From NCBI GenBank assembly GCA_037442505.1, contig JBBIPZ010000011.1:1500-65499 (forward strand): a stretch of DNA of 64,000 bases, in the 5' to 3' direction. Each line of letters begins with the position of its first letter. Positions within the stretch are counted from its first letter, which is position 1. The DNA comes from Deltaproteobacteria bacterium. GTDB lineage: Bacteria > CALINM01. The translations under genes were made by a program, and so were the position numbers. The notes under the pieces are model-generated. The model did not search any database. It was not told the origin of the DNA and worked only from the letters and a program-made list of their open reading frames with translations. This document shows positions 57,424 through 64,000 of the stretch, one piece after another.

Positions 57424-59970
57424 TTACATAGCAGCTTCGTACCAGTTTTTACCTCTGCCAATTTTTACTTCAAGAGGGACATTAAAGTCAACTACATTTT
57501 CCATTTTATTTTTAATTACCGCTATAGCCTCGTTCGTTCTGACATCCTCAACCTCTAAAAGTAGCTCATCGTGAACCTGTAAAAGCATTTTAAAAACTAT
57601 CCGTCTCTCTTGCAAATCTTTAAAAACATCAATCATCGCCTTTTTCACAATATCTGCTGCTGTTCCTTGAAGTGGTGTGTTTATCGCAATTCTTTCTGCA
57701 TTCTGCCTTACATTATGATCGGGCGAATCGATCTCGTAAATATATCTTTTTCTGCCAAAATACGTTGTTACAAACTTATTCTGTCTTGCTTGAGCCACCA
57801 ATTTTTCTCGATACTCTTTTACTTTTGGATAGCTTTCAAAATACCTATTTATAAATATTTCAGCATCTTTGGCGGAAATATTAAGTTCTCTCGACAAAGA
57901 ATATCTACCCATACCATACAAAATGCCAAAATTTATTGTCTTAGCCTGCCTTCTCATCTCTTTTGTAACCATATCAGGAATAACACCAAATATTTTTGCT
58001 GCGGTCATGGTGTGAATATCACGTCTCTTTTTGAAGTCTTCTATAAGATTTTCGTCCTGAGAAAGCTCTGCAAGTATTCTGATTTCAATCTGGGAATAGT
58101 CTGCAGAAACAAGAAAATACCCATCGTCAGCAATAAAAGCCTTCCTTAATTTTTCTCCCCATTCATACTTGATAGGAATATTTTGAAGATTGGGATTACT
58201 ACTCGATAGTCTTCCTGTTGCTGTCAGAGTCTGATTAAATGTAGTGTGTATCCTGCCATCATGTCTAACATAATTCGGCAACACATCGATATACGTATTT
58301 TTTATCTTCGCCATATTTCGATATTCTAAAAGCAAAGGAATGACTGAATGACTTTCGTATAACTCATCAAGCACATCTGATGCTGTTGAAAGACTTTTTT
58401 TCCCTTTTTTAACGGGCTTCAGCCCTAACTTTTCGTACAATACTGTGGCAAGCTGTTTGGGTGAATTTATATTAAACTCAACTCCTGTTAGTTGATATAT
58501 CTTTTTTTCCATCTCATCTAACCGCAACTTCAAATCCTCGTTAATTTCTTTAAGATAATCAACGTTCACTTTTATGCCCCAGTTTTCCATTTTAACAAGT
58601 ATCACTGAAAGCGGCTTTTCTATTTCATTATAAAGTCTTAATAGCTGCTCGTCCTCATTAATTTTATTGACAACTTTTTTTGATATATTTATAAGACCTT
58701 TTAACAAAACAGCATGTTTTTTCTCATACTCATCTTCTGGAAAAAGTGATGCAATTTTGTTTTTACCAATTTCAGGAATAAAACCATACTCATCTCTAAA
58801 AATATCTTCTGCTGTATGCATATGATTGGCAGCGCTGTTAAGAAGGTAGGAGGCTAAAGATAAATCAAAAAAATCAAAAAAATCACTTTTGCACTCAATC
58901 AATATTTTTATCAAATGCTTTCCATCAGATGTGTAGCATTTTTTATTTTGAATCTGCTGCAAAAAATTTTCTATTTCTGACGTAACTTTGTAAATCTTTT
59001 TTCCATCTTCGGTAAATAATATTATTTTTTTATCATCGCCAATAGTTGGCACAGAAATATAAATAACGTCAGACTTAATGGTTTTTCGATTATAATTTTC
59101 GATTTCCAGAATAGAAAGGTCAATAGTTTCTCCCAACTGCATTTCCTTTATGATATCGTAAAACTCGAGTTCTTTTAACAATTCCAATAGCTTTAAGTCA
59201 TCAAAAGTCTTAACCTGCATTTCATCTATCTGAATATCTATTTTTTCATTTTTCAGTTCGCAAAGTTTTCTACTTAGAAATGCAAACTCTTTCCCGTCTA
59301 AAAGAAGCTTCTGCAGGCGTTCTGGTAATTTGGCAATATTTTCATAGATATTTTCCAGCGAACCAAACTCGTTTATCAGTTTTAATGCAGTTTTTTCTCC
59401 AATTCCTTTCACACCGGGTATCCCATCTACTGTATCACCAGAAAGCGCTAAATAATCCACCAACTGCGAAGGTAATACACCCAAAAGCTCTTTTACAGCT
59501 TTATCATCAATAAATCTATCTTTTTGAGGGTGCCATATCACCACCCCAAATTTTGTAAGCTGATAAAGATCCTTATCAGATGTCACGACAACAACCGATA
59601 ACTCATCCTTATGTTCCAATGCTATGCTCGCTATTACATCATCCGCTTCAAAACCATCTTTAACGATAGTTTTTATATTCATAGCATCCAATAATCGCAT
59701 AACATATGGAAATTGGATAATTATCTCACCTGGTATGGGTTGTCTTTTTACTTTATATTCTTTCATCATTTCGTGCCTGAAAGTAGGACCTTTAGGATCA
59801 AAAATAACAGCAATATATTCTGGAAGGTGTTCGGTAACAATTTTGTTAAGCATCTTAAAAAAACCAAAGACTACGCGAGTAGGTAAGCCTTTTTTTGTTG
59901 AAAGGTATGGTAAGGCAAAATAAGCTCTATATAAAAAGGAGCTGCCATCTATTAAGTATAGTTTTTTCAT
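57424..59970 (-). CDS. polA: DNA polymerase I
   Basis: 5'-3' exonuclease (IDGSSFLYRAY, EADDVI, GVKGIGEKTA); polymerase TGRLSS.NPNLQNIP, DYSQIEIR, AKTINFG..YG, QVHDEL; proofreading domain looks degenerate. Confidence 0.97.
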   Translation of the reverse strand: MKKLYLIDGSSFLYRAYFALPYLSTKKGLPTRVVFGFFKMLNKIVTEHLPEYIAVIFDPKGPTFRHEMMKEYKVKRQPIPGEIIIQFPYVMRLLDAMNIKTIVKDGFEADDVIASIALEHKDELSVVVVTSDKDLYQLTKFGVVIWHPQKDRFIDDKAVKELLGVLPSQLVDYLALSGDTVDGIPGVKGIGEKTALKLINEFGSLENIYENIAKLPERLQKLLLDGKEFAFLSRKLCELKNEKIDIQIDEMQVKTFDDLKLLELLKELEFYDIIKEMQLGETIDLSILEIENYNRKTIKSDVIYISVPTIGDDKKIILFTEDGKKIYKVTSEIENFLQQIQNKKCYTSDGKHLIKILIECKSDFFDFFDLSLASYLLNSAANHMHTAEDIFRDEYGFIPEIGKNKIASLFPEDEYEKKHAVLLKGLINISKKVVNKINEDEQLLRLYNEIEKPLSVILVKMENWGIKVNVDYLKEINEDLKLRLDEMEKKIYQLTGVEFNINSPKQLATVLYEKLGLKPVKKGKKSLSTASDVLDELYESHSVIPLLLEYRNMAKIKNTYIDVLPNYVRHDGRIHTTFNQTLTATGRLSSSNPNLQNIPIKYEWGEKLRKAFIADDGYFLVSADYSQIEIRILAELSQDENLIEDFKKRRDIHTMTAAKIFGVIPDMVTKEMRRQAKTINFGILYGMGRYSLSRELNISAKDAEIFINRYFESYPKVKEYREKLVAQARQNKFVTTYFGRKRYIYEIDSPDHNVRQNAERIAINTPLQGTAADIVKKAMIDVFKDLQERRIVFKMLLQVHDELLLEVEDVRTNEAIAVIKNKMENVVDFNVPLEVKIGRGKNWYEAAM

Positions 59971-59985
59971 AGGTTACATTATATT

Positions 59986-61719
59986 TTAATCTAAAATGCA
60001 AAAATCTTTCAGCACAAAATCCCATTTTTTATAACCATTATAACTACTCATTTTTGGCAAACCAACAATATCTAAATAACTACCTAGCTTTAAAGCATCG
60101 TTAAACATAGAAAAGCCAATTCCACTAAAAATTTTCCCATCTTTGCTCAACTGAAGTTTCATGTGATTTTCTTTTTGTCCCACTGGTCTTAAATGTTCTA
60201 CTTTTACTTCTGAAATTAAAAAAGTTGGTTCTGGATTTCCCTTCCCAAAAGGTTCTAATAATGCAAGTTGTTCAAAAAAAAGTTCGTCTATCTCGCTTAC
60301 ATCTAAAACTGTATCAATTTTACAATAGTTATAAACATCACCGTTTAGCAGATACCTTTTTGCCAACTCGTTTATCGATATCTCAAAATCTTTTAAGAAT
60401 TCCTTCCTTAATGATAATCCACATGCCATATCATGCCCCCCAAAACTTAAAAGATTATGAGATATTTCACCTATAACCTCCGTTAAAGGGAAGCCCGGCA
60501 CACTCCTGCCAGAACCTTTAATTATCCCTTCCTCCTCATCACAGCATATGAAAAACGGCTTGTTGTACCTTTCTAATAGCTTTGACGCTACTATTCCCAA
60601 TACACCCGGATGCCACTGAGGGGAATATAACACATACACAAGAGATTCATTCCCACCGTCAATCATCTTGAGCGCATCTTTTATCATCTTCTCTTCCTCT
60701 TTTTGTCGGCGATTGTTTTCATTATTCAAAGTACGCACCAGTTCTTTCGCTGTTTCCTCATTGTCAGAAATTAAGAGTTCGAAGGCATGTTTTGGGTTAC
60801 TCATTCTACCGGGGGCATTAAGTCTTGGTGTAATCCTGAAGGTAATCAAGCGAGTGTCCAAATTTTCAATATTTAGCTCTTTTAATAATGAGCGCACTCC
60901 TACTTTATTACTGTTTTTAATTTCTTCGATACCATACTTAACAAAAACACGGTTGGGCCCAAGAATAGGCACCATATCTGATATTGTTCCTATGGCAACG
61001 AGGTCTAAATACTCTCTAAGATTAGGCTCTTTATTTTTAGTAAAAAATCCAGCTTCTCTTAAAACTTTTCTAAGTTTAATCAAAAAATAAAACGCAACAC
61101 CTACACCTGACATTTCTTTAAAAGGAAAGTTGCTATCTTCTCGCTTTGGATTTATAACAGCATAAGCTGGTGGCAATCTTTTAGGCACATTATGATGATC
61201 TGTTATTATAAAATCAATCCCGAGGTTGTTGCCATATTCGACAAGCTCGTAGTCACTGATACCACAATCTACCGTCATTATAATATCAACGCCATTTCTC
61301 TTAAAATCATCGATAGCTTTTTTGTTAAGGCTATATCCATCCTCAAACCTGTCTGGTAAATAATACAAAACATCTGCCCCAATCTTTTTTAAAAACAAAT
61401 ACATAACTGCACAAGCTGTAACCCCATCGGCATCATAGTCACCATAAATCGCAATTTTTTCTTTATTGAAAATCGCTTTTGCTACTCTCTCCGCGCCTTT
61501 TTTAAGGTCCTTTAGCATAGATGGGACTGGCAGAGTATTCAAGGAGGGCCTTAAAAAATCGTTTATTTCGGTTTCAGACTTTAACCCCCTTGAAATTACG
61601 ATTCTTGCAATTGCATCCTTAAAATTGAAAACCTTTTTAATGTGATTAACTAAACTTTCATCACATTTATTTACAATCCAGCTATTTGCCTTTTTCATTT
61701 TCACCATTCTTACAGGCAT
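59986..61719 (-). CDS. recJ: Single-stranded-DNA-specific exonuclease RecJ
   Basis: YGDYDADG, PDRFEDGY, TVDCG, ITDHH, PRLNAPGR, GSGRS, GGHDMACG, LEPFGKGNP; exact start uncertain (61719, 61707 or 61698). Confidence 0.96.
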   Translation of the reverse strand: MPVRMVKMKKANSWIVNKCDESLVNHIKKVFNFKDAIARIVISRGLKSETEINDFLRPSLNTLPVPSMLKDLKKGAERVAKAIFNKEKIAIYGDYDADGVTACAVMYLFLKKIGADVLYYLPDRFEDGYSLNKKAIDDFKRNGVDIIMTVDCGISDYELVEYGNNLGIDFIITDHHNVPKRLPPAYAVINPKREDSNFPFKEMSGVGVAFYFLIKLRKVLREAGFFTKNKEPNLREYLDLVAIGTISDMVPILGPNRVFVKYGIEEIKNSNKVGVRSLLKELNIENLDTRLITFRITPRLNAPGRMSNPKHAFELLISDNEETAKELVRTLNNENNRRQKEEEKMIKDALKMIDGGNESLVYVLYSPQWHPGVLGIVASKLLERYNKPFFICCDEEEGIIKGSGRSVPGFPLTEVIGEISHNLLSFGGHDMACGLSLRKEFLKDFEISINELAKRYLLNGDVYNYCKIDTVLDVSEIDELFFEQLALLEPFGKGNPEPTFLISEVKVEHLRPVGQKENHMKLQLSKDGKIFSGIGFSMFNDALKLGSYLDIVGLPKMSSYNGYKKWDFVLKDFCILD

Positions 61720-63277
61720 ATACTGCTACTACAGCAGTGCTATCATAGTAGATTGGATATATTTTATCGGAAAGTTTTGAATTTTTGAAATTCTGGCAAT
61801 AGGGATTAATAAGAAATTTTAGGTCCTTGTAATATCTTGTAATTGAAAACTCATTCACAATAAAGTAACGATTTGGGGATTTACAAACAAGCTCAACTAA
61901 TTCCTCTTCACTCAAATTTCTACTGACATTTTCAAATTTCATATCACCAGCATAGTAAGCTATAAGATAATTAGTTGAGGTGCTTATAAGAGTGGCATCC
62001 TCTGGTACATGTGCCTTTAGCCATTCCCCGGTTTTTTTATATAATCTTTCTTGCTCAAAGATTTCGTTTAGCTCTCCATATTTTTCAAACCTCTCGTAAA
62101 TCTTATAATATCCCCAAGAGGTGAACAACAAAAACGCTACCAAATATATAAAAAATTTAGCAATAACAGCTTTAGTATCAAGTTTAAACATTTTATACAC
62201 GCCAAATAAACCTATCCCAAAATAAACTAATATAACAGAAGTCGTTGGAGAAAGATACCTTTCATCAACTTTAAATATGAGTGGAGCAGCAAAGGGCAAT
62301 ATCATTGAAATAAAAAATATAAATGACTTCCAGCCTAATTTTGAACTATTTAATGTGTAAACAAAAAAAATAGTTGAAAGTAGCAGTAGAATTCCAAAAA
62401 AATAATTATAGTCTGAAAATATCCAGACAGCATTTGACAAGTTTTTATTAAGGAAACTATAAGTTTTTGATAAATCATATGTAAATGTGGCAAAAAAACC
62501 CTGTCCTACATCAGGAATTCCCATAATATTTTTTATATGCCAGAGTATTTCTGATGATTTACCTGAAAAAACAAACTTTCCCTTCATTTCTTTTAGAAAG
62601 ATTAAATATGGACTGATCGTAAGTACAAAACATATGAGATTAACAACTAACCACTTAAGCTTATGTATTATTTCAACCCCGCCAACTATAAAACAGAAAA
62701 ATGTCAAAGCTAAGTAAATCAAAATCCCTTCTGGCCGACCAAGATATATAAGTCCACCGCAAATACCAGATATCAAAGCAAAGTTAAGTGTGTATTTTCC
62801 TTTGAGTATTTCTGAAATCAAGTATGCGTAGAGAAAAAATACAAATATATAAGTGGTTTCAGACATAACCTGTACATTGACAAAAGCTATCTGAGGATGG
62901 AATGCATAAAGCAATATAGAGAAAAATGCAGCTTCCTTGTTTAAAATGTTTTTTACCAGTAGATATATGGGAAATACTGTTGCAGCACCAAAAATAATAT
63001 TGATTATGCTACCAATTTCATCAAGTGGTAAAGGTAAAAAAGAAAATATCGCAATAATCGCTGGCAAAAGAGGTGTCCAATTAATCATTTCTGTTACAAA
63101 AACACCTTTAGTCATATTTTTTGCTATCTTCACATACTGATAACCATCATAGTCTGGAACCATCAAGAGATGATATGTGTTTGTGTAAAATCTGAAAACC
63201 AACGCTGCCAAAAAAACAAGAAAAACAAAAATTTCCGTGTAATAAACTGTAAAAAACTTCTTTGCTCCTCTATTCAT
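61682..63277 (-). CDS. ArnT/PMT-like (family 39-type) membrane glycosyltransferase
   Basis: N-terminal TM, acidic loop PDYDGYQY, multiple TMs, SETTYIF, GRPEG, RY motif, soluble C-terminal domain. Confidence 0.75.
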   Translation of the reverse strand: MNRGAKKFFTVYYTEIFVFLVFLAALVFRFYTNTYHLLMVPDYDGYQYVKIAKNMTKGVFVTEMINWTPLLPAIIAIFSFLPLPLDEIGSIINIIFGAATVFPIYLLVKNILNKEAAFFSILLYAFHPQIAFVNVQVMSETTYIFVFFLYAYLISEILKGKYTLNFALISGICGGLIYLGRPEGILIYLALTFFCFIVGGVEIIHKLKWLVVNLICFVLTISPYLIFLKEMKGKFVFSGKSSEILWHIKNIMGIPDVGQGFFATFTYDLSKTYSFLNKNLSNAVWIFSDYNYFFGILLLLSTIFFVYTLNSSKLGWKSFIFFISMILPFAAPLIFKVDERYLSPTTSVILVYFGIGLFGVYKMFKLDTKAVIAKFFIYLVAFLLFTSWGYYKIYERFEKYGELNEIFEQERLYKKTGEWLKAHVPEDATLISTSTNYLIAYYAGDMKFENVSRNLSEEELVELVCKSPNRYFIVNEFSITRYYKDLKFLINPYCQNFKNSKLSDKIYPIYYDSTAVVAVYACKNGENEKGK

Positions 63278-63998
63278 AAAGCAACCTCGCTAAAATAGTC
63301 GTTTGACTTGCATAATATGGAACAGGAATATTTTTTATTAAATCTGGCAAAATTTTTTTTAACGTTGATGCAAACGGCACCTTATATCTAATCGCCATGT
63401 CAACCAAATACCCAAAATCAAGGGTTTGCCAATAAGGCTTGAATAAAAATAGTTTGTAACCCGTTTTTTCGCAAATTTTAGTGATAGATTTGTGATCAAA
63501 ATGATGTAAGTGAACTGACAAAATCCACCAGAACCTCTTTCCACTTAACTTTGCCATCCATGTCCCTATATCTGGATAGTTAATCAACAATATTCCATTA
63601 TGTTTGAGAAGCCGTTTAATTTTAAATAATGCATCTTTTGGCTCAACAAGATGCTCTATTACATCCCACAAACACACCATATCAAAATATCTATCAGGAA
63701 AAGGATTTTCATCTATCGTACCCTGTGTAATATTTAAACCTCTCTTTTTACCTTCTTCAGACAGATATAAAGATGGTTCTAATCCGTGAGCATCATATCC
63801 AAACTTTGCTGCCGCCTCTAAAAAAGCTCCACCAGCAGTACCGATATCAAGAACTTTAGCACCTTCCGCCGGCAAATGTTCTTTTATCTTGTTTAATGCA
63901 TTGTAAAAGCTTTTAACCCTGTTTTTATATTGACTGTCGTGTAGTGATTGCTCTGTATTGATATAACCTCTTAAAATAACTTCCTTAGGGTAACGTGG
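63270..63998 (-). CDS. Class I SAM-dependent methyltransferase (5' end beyond window)
   Basis: VLDIGTAGG, GLEPS, FDMVCLWDVIEHL, HLHHF; the frame stays open upstream of the track's TTG (63875) to the window edge. Confidence 0.9.
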   Translation of the reverse strand, partial: PRYPKEVILRGYINTEQSLHDSQYKNRVKSFYNALNKIKEHLPAEGAKVLDIGTAGGAFLEAAAKFGYDAHGLEPSLYLSEEGKKRGLNITQGTIDENPFPDRYFDMVCLWDVIEHLVEPKDALFKIKRLLKHNGILLINYPDIGTWMAKLSGKRFWWILSVHLHHFDHKSITKICEKTGYKLFLFKPYWQTLDFGYLVDMAIRYKVPFASTLKKILPDLIKNIPVPYYASQTTILARLLYE

Positions 63999-64000
63999 AT

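Noticed and set aside
1-64000. CRISPR arrays, IS elements, prophage, rRNA or long tandem repeats
   Set aside because: None seen on reading through. Gene content is contiguous housekeeping with no regularly spaced repeats or transposase/integrase motifs.

Overview
An AT-rich, gene-dense stretch of bacterial chromosome. Protein styles (glnA, DsbC-like, MglA-family, PurS-fused PurL, sigma54 regulators) suggest a Desulfobacterota/deltaproteobacteria-like anaerobe, but I could not confirm taxonomy. Most of the window is housekeeping: clpS-clpA-aat, sua5, glnA, yebC-ruvCAB, prfB, rph-rdgB, rmlA, tadA, trpB2, tal, mtnA, coaX, rimI, the mnmG-purB-purL-purQ-purF-pyrE-purM-purN run, argC, rplM-rpsI, selB, purD, polA, recJ, plus tRNA-Asp(GTC) and tRNA-Ser(CGA). 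I found no mobile element, integrase, CRISPR array or rRNA. Four things stand out. (1) A gene missing from the ORF track at 1..1641 (minus strand, runs off the window edge): a Tat-exported Mo/W-bisPGD oxidoreductase whose first Fe-S ligand is Asp instead of Cys, preceded by a near-consensus sigma54 promoter, an IHF-like site and twin TGTTAC-N6-GTAACA palindromes. (2) A tightly coupled ~10.5 kb minus-strand run: EF-G2, helical-repeat protein, MglB-less MglA-family GTPase with an acidic tail, triple-GAF/degenerate-GGDEF protein, MOSC, ntrB, ntrC, mtnA. This is my best candidate for an undescribed signalling module. (3) mnmG apparently initiates at a non-AUG (ATT/ATC) codon. (4) Several motif-level oddities: CxxCH in a DsbC-like protein, an SDR lacking its catalytic Tyr, and a probably leaderless clpS. 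All annotations come from manual translation and motif recognition; no database searches were run.
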